Part shown: positions 1 to 8,280 of the stretch, piece after piece
Position numbering within the stretch: the stretch's first letter is position 1
Layout: each line of letters begins with the position of its first letter
Notes under the pieces: generated by a model
The model's database searches: none
The model's input: the letters and a program-made list of their open reading frames with translations, nothing else
What the model was told of the DNA's origin: nothing
Translations under genes and position numbers: made by a program
Assembly (NCBI GenBank): GCA_031431435.1
Contig: JANPDI010000119.1
Span: 2,615-66,614 of the forward strand
From: Burkholderiales bacterium
GTDB taxonomy: Bacteria > Pseudomonadota > Gammaproteobacteria > Burkholderiales > Usitatibacteraceae
Direction of reading: 5' to 3'
DNA length: 64,000 bases

Positions 1-512
1 TCGCGATAACCGCTGGGGGATTCGAATCCGGCATCAAGTTGTTGGTCGAGCACGTTGGTTCCTTTTGTTGTTTGGCGGACCCCTGCCAGAGCGGCACCCA
101 TACGTCGCGCGCGCGCATAGGCTTGAAAGCTCATGCCGAAATAGCGCTGAAACTGGCGTCGCGCGGTGGACGGATCAATGCCCATTGCGAGTAAGTCACC
201 TTCGCGCAGTCGCGCCGAGGGCTCGCGTTCGACCATCTCAACCAGTCGCGCCACCATGGGCGGCGGTGCGCCATGATTCATCGGCTTGCAACGCAAACAT
301 GCGCGGAAACCGGCGTACATGGCATCATCAGCGCTGGTAAAAAACTCGACATTCTCCCGCTTCGGCTTGCGCGCCGTACAGGTTGGCCGGCAGAAGATAC
401 GGGTGGATGTGACGCCGGTCAAAAATACGCCGTCGAAGGTCGCGTCGCGATCGACAAACGCACGCCACATGGCGTCGATGGGCGGCAGTGAGCGGGGCAG
501 GTTGGTATTCAT
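1..512 (-). CDS. Ada-type Zn-binding / AraC-family transcriptional regulator (3' end truncated by window edge)
   Basis: It is absent from the ORF track because it runs off the edge. My reverse-strand translation from the ATG at comp(510-512) reads MNTNLPRSLPPIDAMWRAFVDRDATFDGVFLTGVTSTRIFCRPTCTARKPKRENVEFF..RACLRCKP, an Ada-like Cys cluster. This is followed by an AraC-type HTH stretch, RRQFQRYFGMSFQAYARARRMG. Confidence 0.7.
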   Translation of the reverse strand, partial: MNTNLPRSLPPIDAMWRAFVDRDATFDGVFLTGVTSTRIFCRPTCTARKPKRENVEFFTSADDAMYAGFRACLRCKPMNHGAPPPMVARLVEMVEREPSARLREGDLLAMGIDPSTARRQFQRYFGMSFQAYARARRMGAALAGVRQTTKGTNVLDQQLDAGFESPSGYR

Positions 513-730
513 GTGGCACATCATAGCCAACTCACCAACATCGTGTCGCCGATTTTCAGGCATCAAATTTTTGCCGCCAATCCGCTCCTGGACGGCTGTC
601 AACCGCTGCCGCGCCAGTATTTGGCGGAATATGCTGTAATTCAGGTTGCAGTCACCCCCAGCGCGCCTGCAGTTTGTTTGATACACCATCACCCATCTCT
701 CGATTCGCCACACCTCACCAAGGGACGACC

Positions 731-1111
731 ATGAAAAAAACAACCGCACTGTTAACCGCCGCACTATTCGCAATGGCAACATCCACCTTCGCACAAAAGG
801 CTGAGGCCCCAAAGGCTGCGCCAGCCCCCGCTGCAAAAGCCGCACCCGCTGCCGCCCCGGCGCCTGCTGCAAAGGCAGAGCCTGCCAAAGCAGAACTCAT
901 CGATATTAATTCAGCTGACACAAAAACACTAATGACCCTCAAGGGCATTGGTGACGTCACCGCTGACAAGATCGTCAAAGGCCGACCATACGGCGGCAAA
1001 GATGATCTGGTGAAGAAAAAAATCATCACCGAAAAGGTCTACGGCGAAATCAAAGAGTTGATCGTCGCCAAACAAGCTGCGACACCGAAAAAAGAAGAAA
1101 AGAAGAAATAA
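731..1111 (+). CDS. ComEA-like periplasmic helix-hairpin-helix DNA-binding protein
   Basis: The internal ATG at 731 gives MKKTTALLTAALFAMATSTFA, a signal peptide. An Ala/Pro/Lys-rich linker and an HhH motif (INSADTKTLMTLKGIGDVTADKIVKGRPY) follow. A terminator lies immediately downstream. Confidence 0.75.
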   Translation: MKKTTALLTAALFAMATSTFAQKAEAPKAAPAPAAKAAPAAAPAPAAKAEPAKAELIDINSADTKTLMTLKGIGDVTADKIVKGRPYGGKDDLVKKKIITEKVYGEIKELIVAKQAATPKKEEKKK

Positions 1112-1129
1112 TCTCTTCTGAGCCGCACC

Positions 1130-1158
1130 AAACGGGCAGTCTGGCTGCCCGTTTTCAT
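1130..1158 (+). terminator. Rho-independent terminator after the ComEA-like gene
   Basis: The stem is aacgggcag / ctgcccgtt with a short loop, followed by a T-run (gttttcattt). Confidence 0.7.
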
Positions 1159-1211
1159 TTGAAGATCAGAAAAACGCGGCGGCTCGCGAAGGTTTGGCTG
1201 TTTTGCAGGGG

Positions 1212-1240
1212 TTGGTATTGGCGGGGTTTCCCGCTATAAT
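1212..1240 (+). promoter_or_regulatory. Candidate sigma70 promoter for tRNA-Phe
   Basis: TTGGTA (1212-1217), a 17-bp spacer and TATAAT (1235-1240) lie about 58 nt upstream of the mature tRNA 5' end. Confidence 0.5.
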
Positions 1241-1297
1241 TTGCGGCTTCGTGTTCGGTACACGAAACAGAATTTGTCCATGTTTGGAAACGAGTTT

Positions 1298-1373
1298 GGC
1301 CTGGTAGCTCAGTTGGTAGAGCAGAGGATTGAAAATCCTTGTGTCGGTGGTTCAATTCCGCCCCAGGCCACCA
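1298..1373 (+). tRNA. tRNA-Phe (anticodon GAA)
   Basis: The cloverleaf was folded manually. It has acceptor GGCCTGG/CCAGGCC, D-arm GCTC/GAGC, anticodon stem GAGGA/TCCTT with loop TTGAAAA (GAA), T-arm GGTGG-TTCAATT-CCGCC, discriminator A and an encoded CCA. It closely resembles E. coli tRNA-Phe. Confidence 0.95.
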
Positions 1374-1374
1374 A
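1360..1374 (+). repeat. attL core (direct repeat copy 1, part of the functional tRNA-Phe)
   Basis: It is identical over 15 bp to 9611-9625. Confidence 0.8.
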
Positions 1375-1408
1375 ATCAGCGTTTTAGGAAGTTCTAAGAC
1401 GTTCCAAA

Positions 1409-1443
1409 AAGCCGCTTCTCCATAGGGGAAGCGGCTTTTTTCT
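1409..1443 (+). terminator. Rho-independent terminator downstream of tRNA-Phe (island-borne)
   Basis: The stem is aagccgcttc / gaagcggctt with a 9-nt loop, followed by a T-run (ttttttc). It lies to the island side of the attL core. Confidence 0.7.
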
Positions 1444-1477
1444 TTCCTAGTACGTCCGTTTCGGTCTATTGACTTCC

Positions 1478-1536
1478 GGGGGTAACTGGGGGTAACGTCG
1501 GGGGTAATTGGCCTACCCCCAAGACCTGTTACCCCC
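1478..1536. repeat. Cluster of GGGGGTAA(C/T) motifs (3 direct, 2 inverted) between attL and int; candidate recombinase arm-type sites
   Basis: gggggtaac occurs at 1478-1486 and 1488-1496, and gggggtaat at 1500-1508. Inverted copies are taccccc at 1514-1520 and gttaccccc at 1528-1536. Confidence 0.5.
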
Positions 1537-1554
1537 AAAAGCGGAGCGGAGAGC

Positions 1555-2781
1555 ATGGCACTGACAGACACAAGCGCACGCAGCGCAAAGCCCAAAGCGA
1601 AGCCCTACAAGCTTGCAGACGGGCGCGGCATGTTTCTCCTGGTGAATCCGAACGGCGCGAAGTGGTGGCGTCTCAAATACCGGATTGACGGCCGCGAAAA
1701 ACTGCTGTCCCTCGGGGTGTATCCCGAAGTAGGGCTGAAGGACGCGCGGCAGAAACGGGACGCGGCCCGGAAGCTAATCGAGGGGGGCGTTGATCCTTCA
1801 CTAAACCGGCAGATTCAAAAGGCTGCGCGGATCGAGCGAGCTGAGAATAGTTTTGAGACCGTGGCGCGTGAGTGGTTCGCCAAAAAGTCGCCCAAGTGGG
1901 CACAGAGCCATTCGGGCAAGGTGCTGACCCGTCTGGAAAAGGACATTTTCCCGTGGATTGGTGGCCGCCCTATTGCCGATGTGACCGCACCCGAGCTGCT
2001 GGCATCACTGCGTCGGATTGAGACGCGCGGCGCAATCGAGACGGCGCACCGGGCGCACCAGTCCTGCGGGCAAATCTTCCGCTATGCCATTGCCACGGGC
2101 CGGGCAGAACGCGACATATCCGGCGATCTTCGCGGCGCTTTGCAGCCCGTGGTATCAAGGCACCACGCCTCAATCACTGACCCAAAAGAAATTGGCGCAT
2201 TGATGCGGGCGATTGCGGGCTATTCGGGCAACCTTGTGACCAAGTGCGCAATCCGACTAGCGCCCCTCGTGTTTCTGCGGCCCGGCGAGCTGCGCAATGC
2301 GGAGTGGGCGGAGATTGACCTGGATAAGGGCGAATGGCGGATACCGGCCGAAAAAATGAAGTCACGGGCTCCCCACATCGTGCCCCTTTCCAAACAAGCG
2401 AATGCGATCTTGACTGAGCTTAAGCCGTTGACTGGCGAGGGCCGGCGCGTATTCCCCGGCGAGCGGAGTATTGAGCGGCCCATGAGTGAAAACACGATAA
2501 CTGCCGCCCTTCGCCGGATGGGGTACACGAGCACGCAAATGACCGGGCACGGTTTCCGCAGCATGGCGAGCACGCTGTTAAACGAGCACGGCTGGCACCG
2601 CGACGCAATCGAAAGGCAGCTAGCCCACGGCGAGCGCGACGAAGTGCGGGCGGCGTACAACTACGCAGAGCACTTGCCTGATCGGCGGAAGATGATGCAA
2701 TGGTGGGCGGACCACTTAGACGCACTCACGGCGGGCGGCAAAGTACTCCCGCTTGGCAGAAAGCGCAGCAAAGCGGCATGA
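1555..2781 (+). CDS. int: Tyrosine-type site-specific integrase (P4-like, DUF4102 N-terminal arm-binding domain)
   Basis: This is a 408-aa ORF. Its N-terminus (LTDTSARSAKPKAKPYKLADGRGMFLLVNPNGAKWWRLKYRIDGREKLLSLGVYP) is typical of P4-family integrases. The C-terminal catalytic region contains HGFRSMAST and ..LAHGERDEVRAAYN. It is adjacent to the tRNA. Confidence 0.92.
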   Translation: MALTDTSARSAKPKAKPYKLADGRGMFLLVNPNGAKWWRLKYRIDGREKLLSLGVYPEVGLKDARQKRDAARKLIEGGVDPSLNRQIQKAARIERAENSFETVAREWFAKKSPKWAQSHSGKVLTRLEKDIFPWIGGRPIADVTAPELLASLRRIETRGAIETAHRAHQSCGQIFRYAIATGRAERDISGDLRGALQPVVSRHHASITDPKEIGALMRAIAGYSGNLVTKCAIRLAPLVFLRPGELRNAEWAEIDLDKGEWRIPAEKMKSRAPHIVPLSKQANAILTELKPLTGEGRRVFPGERSIERPMSENTITAALRRMGYTSTQMTGHGFRSMASTLLNEHGWHRDAIERQLAHGERDEVRAAYNYAEHLPDRRKMMQWWADHLDALTAGGKVLPLGRKRSKAA

Positions 2782-2804
2782 ACGACTGCGCCGATTGATT
2801 TTGA

Positions 2805-2921
2805 CTGAGGACACTGAGGACAGGCCCGCAAATAACCCATAAACCAGCGCCAACCAAGGCGCTGCGGCTTTAAAGCTGACTGAGGACAGATTGAGGACAG
2901 ACTGAGGACAAAATGAGGACA
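2805..2921 (+). repeat. Iteron array A: six copies of (C/T/A)TGAGGACA, forward orientation
   Basis: The copies lie at 2805, 2814, 2880, 2891, 2902 and 2913. The first two abut and the last four have an 11-bp period. The last copy contains the ATG of the RadC-like ORF. Confidence 0.85.
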
Positions 2922-3521
2922 CTTACTGACAGTTGTTCCGATGCTCTCCCGGCAAAGGGAAAACGACGCCCAAAGGCTGCGCATGAAATAGCCCCTTTGC
3001 TGGTGCCTCAGGTTCAAAAAAATCGCGCAGAGTTTCCCCTTCCCCCGGCCCTACTCGCAGCGGCCATCGAGGGCATGGCAGAGCACGAGCGGGCCGTGAT
3101 TGATGCGGCGCTAGCGATCCTGCGTGCCCGTCTGCGTGTGCCGGGCGGATATGCCAGCAGCCCAAGGGCCGCGCATGCGCTGGCAATACTGCACTTCGCA
3201 CATCACGAGCGCGAAGGCTTCGGGGTGATGTTTCTTGACGCGCAAAACGGCGTCATTGCCGTAGAGGAATTGTTTCGTGGCACCCTCACACAAACAAGCG
3301 TACACCCCCGAGAAGTGGTGAGAGCTGCACTGCGGCACAACGCGGCGAGCGTTATCTTCATGCATAACCACCCTGCGGGGGGCCCTGACCCGTCTGCTGC
3401 GGACATATACCTAACCCGGGCGCTGCAAGAGGCCCTTGCCCTCGTGGATGTGCAAACGAATGACCATTTGATAGTTGCAGGGGATCGGGTAACGAGTTTC
3501 GTAGAGCGCGGTTTGCTCTGA
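2913..3521 (+). CDS. radC: RadC-like JAB/MPN domain protein
   Basis: The C-terminal half contains FMHNHPAGGPDPSAADIYLTRAL, the JAMM-like HxHPxG..S..D motif of the RadC/DUF2466 family. The start is uncertain: the ATG at 2913 has a GAGGA Shine-Dalgarno, and an alternative ATG lies at 3075. Confidence 0.8.
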   Translation: MRTLTDSCSDALPAKGKRRPKAAHEIAPLLVPQVQKNRAEFPLPPALLAAAIEGMAEHERAVIDAALAILRARLRVPGGYASSPRAAHALAILHFAHHEREGFGVMFLDAQNGVIAVEELFRGTLTQTSVHPREVVRAALRHNAASVIFMHNHPAGGPDPSAADIYLTRALQEALALVDVQTNDHLIVAGDRVTSFVERGLL

Positions 3522-3618
3522 GCTAAATTCGCCCGCCTAGCTCGACGGAGCGAAAACCGGGAACCCTTCCCCGGCTGGTGTGGCGAACCTTTCGAGGGGG
3601 TGCAATGAAGGGGCGCGA

Positions 3619-4461
3619 ATGAAATCCAGCGAAGTAAAAAAAGGGCCGGCAGACAAGGCCCGCCACAATCGAAAGACACTGATTTCCCACAGCGACGTCA
3701 ACGGCAACGCCTGCCCATATGACGTGTGGCCGTACGCTGAGGCGTGGGACCGATTGATGAACAACCCTAAACCAGACGAAACCAAAGCCACGTGGCAACC
3801 TGAGTTGGGACGGCTTTTCGACGCTCACAAGAAAGCGAAACGTAAGTACAAAGGCCCGCTTATGCGAGCCCCCGACCAACAAAAATGGGCTGCTGAAGCG
3901 TGCTTAAGCCTCAAAAAGGAAATTGACGCGGGCGATGGAACGGCAGTCTTGCACGCAATTGCGCAATGTGCGGCGCACGGCTTAGTAATCCCCGCTTGGC
4001 TTGCGGTTGCGTTCACGGTGCGGCAGCAAGCCGTTGTTTATGGCGACGCGCGGGACTGGGTTGACGCTAAGAGTTTCGGTTCGCCAATGCGCAAGGGCGA
4101 GAATGTGCTTACTGTTCGAGCTGCGATGCAACTGGCGCCCTGGGCATACGATTGCGCAAAGCAACTGCTTGCGGATAACCCGACGCGTGCAATTGACGGG
4201 GGCCTATATGCCGACGTCGCAAATGAAATCGGATCAAGCTCAACGAATGTGCAGAAATGGATTAAGGGCTACCTGAGAGCATGCGACTTTTATGTACCCC
4301 TTAAGTATTTCAAGTCTCGACTTTTGGCCGGCCGCACGGCCGACGAAGCCGTAGCAGATTGGGACGCTGACCGCTTCCGCAAGTTTCATGAAGACTTGGG
4401 GATGACAGTGGAAAAAGTTGCGCCTAAGCCGCGCAAGAAATCTCAGAAAATTTCAAACTAA
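3619..4461 (+). CDS. Hypothetical protein (island cargo), possible C-terminal HTH
   Basis: The ORF track gives 3580-4461. The ATG at 3619 is preceded by gaagggg. I recognise no family. The segment LYADVANEIGSSSTNVQKWIKGY looks like a helix-turn-helix. Confidence 0.55.
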   Translation: MKSSEVKKGPADKARHNRKTLISHSDVNGNACPYDVWPYAEAWDRLMNNPKPDETKATWQPELGRLFDAHKKAKRKYKGPLMRAPDQQKWAAEACLSLKKEIDAGDGTAVLHAIAQCAAHGLVIPAWLAVAFTVRQQAVVYGDARDWVDAKSFGSPMRKGENVLTVRAAMQLAPWAYDCAKQLLADNPTRAIDGGLYADVANEIGSSSTNVQKWIKGYLRACDFYVPLKYFKSRLLAGRTADEAVADWDADRFRKFHEDLGMTVEKVAPKPRKKSQKISN

Positions 4462-4552
4462 TTGATAGCAAAATCTTCCTGAAGGAATGGGGTTACTCAA
4501 GCGGCGGACGATTGCATGATGCGTTGTGTTCAACCACAACGGAGTTACGCAA

Positions 4553-4771
4553 ATGCACCAAAGTCCGCAAACGAATACCGGCGAGCGCCTGCTACGCCTT
4601 CCCGATGTTGAAGCCCGCACCGGGCTAAAAAAGTCCGCGATCTATGCGGGCGTCAAAGGCAAGACATTTCCAGAGCCGTGCAAGCTTGGGCCGCGTGCCG
4701 TTGCATGGCCGGCGAGCGCCATTGATGCCTGGATAGCCGGAAAGATTGCCGGCCCACACGGAGCGCGGTAA
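4553..4771 (+). CDS. alpA: AlpA-family phage/island regulatory protein (excisionase-like HTH)
   Basis: LLRLPDVEARTGLKKSAIYAGVKGKTFPEPCKLGPRAVAWPASAIDAWI matches the AlpA/MerR-like Phage_AlpA motif. The ATG at 4553 is preceded by ggag. Confidence 0.85.
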   Translation: MHQSPQTNTGERLLRLPDVEARTGLKKSAIYAGVKGKTFPEPCKLGPRAVAWPASAIDAWIAGKIAGPHGAR

Positions 4772-5082
4772 TGAGCCCAACCGATTGTGGCACATCGGGT
4801 GAGCGCATTCGCCTGGAAGCCGACGAAGTGCGCAAGCTAGGCGCATGCAGCTATGTCGAAATTGCGAAGCGGCCGGCGTTATGTGCGCTGCTTCAATCTG
4901 CAATGGCAGCAATCGAAAACGCGATACCGGCGACGTTGGAGCACGAGGGCGAGACCTACTTTCTCTGCGTGCGCATCGCACAGGCAGAGCTGGGCATTCA
5001 CTCGACGCACAGCGAAGCAACGCCCCTCGTGCATGTGATGGCCGCAGGCGGGCGCTGGGCTGGGCACCGGCCGGGACACTGA
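4771..5082 (+). CDS. Hypothetical protein (island)
   Basis: This is a 103-aa ORF. Its ATG overlaps the alpA stop (TAATG), which suggests translational coupling. I recognise no family. Confidence 0.45.
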   Translation: MSPTDCGTSGERIRLEADEVRKLGACSYVEIAKRPALCALLQSAMAAIENAIPATLEHEGETYFLCVRIAQAELGIHSTHSEATPLVHVMAAGGRWAGHRPGH

Positions 5083-5093
5083 ACAGGACCGCT

Positions 5094-5381
5094 ATGACTA
5101 CTACTGAACCTCTACCAATCGACAGCCGCGAAGAGCAATGCAAGCGGGCGGCAGATTACATGGAAGAGCATCCGGGCTGCACGCTCCGCGAGCTGCTGAC
5201 TGGCGCGGACCTTGGCAGCGCATCAAAGGTAGTTTCCGAAATGGAGCGCACCTTTGGCTATCGCTTGCGGCGACAGCGGGACCGATCCCCCACGAGAGAC
5301 GGAACACATTGCCGGCGCGTGTTGCGTTATTCGCTTGAGGCCCGTCCCACCACCGCGCAAGGGGAGCTTTACCTGGAATGA
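5094..5381 (+). CDS. Hypothetical small protein, possible winged-helix DNA-binding
   Basis: An internal ATG at 5094 within ORF 4845-5381 gives MTTTEPLPIDSREEQCKRAADYMEEHPGCTLRELLTGADLGSASKVVSEMER... Its stop overlaps the primase start (ATGA). Confidence 0.45.
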   Translation: MTTTEPLPIDSREEQCKRAADYMEEHPGCTLRELLTGADLGSASKVVSEMERTFGYRLRRQRDRSPTRDGTHCRRVLRYSLEARPTTAQGELYLE

Positions 5382-8146
5382 ATCCACCAACAGTTGAAGC
5401 AATCCGCGCGGCGCTAGCATGCATCCCGGCAGACCTACCGCGCGACGAATGGGCCCGCGTGGCGATGGCCCTGAAATCGGAGCTGAGTGACGCCGGTTTT
5501 GAGTTGTTCGATACCTGGAGCAAATCTAGCGAGAGATACCAAGCAAAGGCGACGCGCGACACATGGAAGAGCGTGCGAGCGGGTGGGAGGGTGAAGATTG
5601 GCACCCTCTTCCACTTGGCGAAAGCGCACGGATACCAGCCAGAAACGGGGGCGCAGAGCACCCCCGCAAATGCGGAAGAGGTGAAGGCGCAAGCGAGTGC
5701 ACGGAGAGAGCGAGACAAACGCGAACGACTGGCGCGAGAAGCGGAACAGCAAGCGACAGCGGCGGAAGCGGTGCGCGTTTGGAATGCTGCAAGCGAGGCC
5801 GGCGCGTGCCCTTACCTGGAGCGAAAGGGCGTGCAAGCGCATGGCGTGCGCATCGCGGCCGGGGGCTGGCTACTCGTGCCGGTGCGAGACTTCGCGGGCA
5901 CATTGTGGAACGTGCAGCGCATCGCGCCGGCAAAGCCCGTTGAAGGCCCGGACAAACTTTTTTTGAAGGGTGGGCGCAAGAGCGGCTTATGTCATTGCAT
6001 AGGGGATCTGGAAGGCGCACCCGTGGTGCTCATTGCCGAGGGCTACGCGACGGCCGCGACACTTCACGAAGCAACCGGCCGGCCCGTGGTGATTGCGTTT
6101 GACGCAGGCAACCTGGAGAACGTGGCCCGAGTGATGCGAAAAGCAAACACGGGCGCATTACTGGCGATCTGTGGCGATGATGACCGCGAGACGCACGCCA
6201 AGACCGGCCGCAACCCTGGCCGCGATGCTGCTAGCGCGGCGGCGGATCGTGTGCACGGGGTGGCGATCTTTCCGGAAGGCTTGCCCGAAGGCGGAAGCGA
6301 CTTTAATGATATGGCCGCACATGTAGGTGGCGCGGCCGTGCGGGAATGCGTAGAGCGGGCAATTGAGCGGGCCGCGGCGGCCACAAAACAGAAGGACGAA
6401 GGCAAGGAGCCCAGCCCGAAAGGCGCGGGGCTCTTGGATCGTTTTGCCGTCAATGACGAAGGCGTGTGGTTTGCCGACTTTGACCAGGAGGGACGCGCCA
6501 AGTCTCCGCTTTGGGTTTGCACCCGGCTTGAGGTGCCCGCGTTGACGCGCGACGCAGACGGGCAAGGCTGGGGCTATCTGCTGGAGTTCACAGACCCGGC
6601 CGGGAATGCGCGGCAGTGGGCAATGCCGGCGCGAATGCTCGCGGGCGATGGCACTGAGTTTCGAGGCGTATTGATGGCGCAAGGGCTGCGCATTGCGGCG
6701 AGCACGCGGGCCCGCGCATTGCTCGCACAGTTCATACAGTCGCGCCAACCCGAAGAGCACGCGCGGTGCACAGACCGCATAGGGTGGCACGGGGCCGCGT
6801 TTGTATTGCCCCGCGAAACGCTAGGCGATAGCGGAGAGCGCATTGTTTTTCAGACAGACGGAACGGTAGAGAACACGTTTCGACAGCGTGGCCAACTGGA
6901 GCACTGGCGAGATCGGGTGGCGCAATACTGCGTGGGAAATTCGCGGCTTGTGTTTGCCGTCTCGTGCGCTTTTGCCGGGCCCATTTTGCGGCCGGCTGGC
7001 ATTGATAGCGGCGGGTTTCACCTTCGCGGGGACTCAAGCTGCGGGAAAACCACGGCGCTGCGAGTGGCGGCGTCTGTATACGGTGGCCCCAGCTACGTGC
7101 AGCGGTGGCGCACAACGGATAACGCACTGGAAGCTATCGCGGCGCAACACTGCGACGGGCTGTTGATACTTGATGAGCTGGCGCAAGTGGATTCCAAGAC
7201 GGCCGGCGAATGTGCCTACATGCTTGCAAATGAAAGTTCCAAGGCGCGGAGCACGAGAACAGGACAGGCCCGAGCGCGATTGACCTGGCGTCTGTTGTTT
7301 CTCAGTGCAGGCGAGATTGGACTAGCAGCGCACATGGCCGAAAGTGGCAAGCGTGCCCGGCCGGGGCAAGAGCTGCGCATGGCCGATGTGCCCGCCGATG
7401 CTGGCGCGGGGCTGGGCATCTTTGAAGAGCTGCACGGAAGCGAGAACGGCGCGACGCTAGCGCAATACTTGGCGAAGGCGAGCGAAGCACAACACGGCAT
7501 TGCTGGCCGCACGTTTCTCGATTGGCTGGTAGCCCATGCCGCCACACTGCGTGAGCGCACACGGGCCGGCATTGAGCGCCTGGCGCGGCTTTGGATAGTG
7601 GTGGGCGCTTCGGGACAAGTGCAGCGGGTGGGCCGGCGTTTTGCGGCGGTGGCGATTGCCGGCGAGCTGGCGACAGAGGCGGGGCTTACCGGATGGCCCG
7701 AAGGGGAAGCGACCGGCGCGGCCAAGGCGTGCTTTGATGCGTGGCTAGATTCACGGGGCGGCATCGGCAATGCGGAGGATCGGCAAATGTTGCGGCAAGT
7801 GCGGGCGTTTATCGAGGCGCACGGTGAAGCCCGCTTTACAAGCTGGAGCCGGGCGACAGATGACCATGCGCCAAAGACAATGCACCGCGCTGGTGTACGT
7901 AGAGCGGTAAGCGAAGCGGGCGGCGAGGTGATCGGCTGGGAGTATTTCTTTCTTGTGGAGACTTTCCGCAATGAAGTGTGCGAGGGCTTCGACTGGAAGG
8001 CCGTGCTAAAGCTCTTGAGGGATCGGGGGCACTTGGTTCCTGACAAAGGCCGGCCGTTTGACTGCAAGCCCCGCTTGCCCGGCTTTGGGCCTACTGTCTG
8101 CTATTGCGTGAAGTCCTCAATACTCGATAGCGACACAGATGATTGA
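5378..8146 (+). CDS. Primase-helicase (PriCT-2 N-terminal, Toprim, and DUF927-type P-loop NTPase domains)
   Basis: This is a 922-aa ORF. The N-terminal W..V..AL....G..LF..WS pattern (DEWARVAMALKSELSDAGFELFDTWSKSSERY) fits PriCT-2. The Toprim acidic motifs are VLIAEGYATA and ICGDDDRE. The Walker A motif is GDSSCGKTT, and a Walker B-like motif is LLILDEL. Confidence 0.85.
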   Translation: MNPPTVEAIRAALACIPADLPRDEWARVAMALKSELSDAGFELFDTWSKSSERYQAKATRDTWKSVRAGGRVKIGTLFHLAKAHGYQPETGAQSTPANAEEVKAQASARRERDKRERLAREAEQQATAAEAVRVWNAASEAGACPYLERKGVQAHGVRIAAGGWLLVPVRDFAGTLWNVQRIAPAKPVEGPDKLFLKGGRKSGLCHCIGDLEGAPVVLIAEGYATAATLHEATGRPVVIAFDAGNLENVARVMRKANTGALLAICGDDDRETHAKTGRNPGRDAASAAADRVHGVAIFPEGLPEGGSDFNDMAAHVGGAAVRECVERAIERAAAATKQKDEGKEPSPKGAGLLDRFAVNDEGVWFADFDQEGRAKSPLWVCTRLEVPALTRDADGQGWGYLLEFTDPAGNARQWAMPARMLAGDGTEFRGVLMAQGLRIAASTRARALLAQFIQSRQPEEHARCTDRIGWHGAAFVLPRETLGDSGERIVFQTDGTVENTFRQRGQLEHWRDRVAQYCVGNSRLVFAVSCAFAGPILRPAGIDSGGFHLRGDSSCGKTTALRVAASVYGGPSYVQRWRTTDNALEAIAAQHCDGLLILDELAQVDSKTAGECAYMLANESSKARSTRTGQARARLTWRLLFLSAGEIGLAAHMAESGKRARPGQELRMADVPADAGAGLGIFEELHGSENGATLAQYLAKASEAQHGIAGRTFLDWLVAHAATLRERTRAGIERLARLWIVVGASGQVQRVGRRFAAVAIAGELATEAGLTGWPEGEATGAAKACFDAWLDSRGGIGNAEDRQMLRQVRAFIEAHGEARFTSWSRATDDHAPKTMHRAGVRRAVSEAGGEVIGWEYFFLVETFRNEVCEGFDWKAVLKLLRDRGHLVPDKGRPFDCKPRLPGFGPTVCYCVKSSILDSDTDD

Positions 8147-8280
8147 GGCGCAGCCGTTGACCGGCCGGCGCGGCGGGGGCGCGGGAAGGATTCTTTTCGC
8201 GCGGCGCGTTGCGTTGTCGAGCGGTTCACCCCCAAGGAAAAAGGGGACACGTTACGTCTGCGCACCTGTGCGGACTCAGT

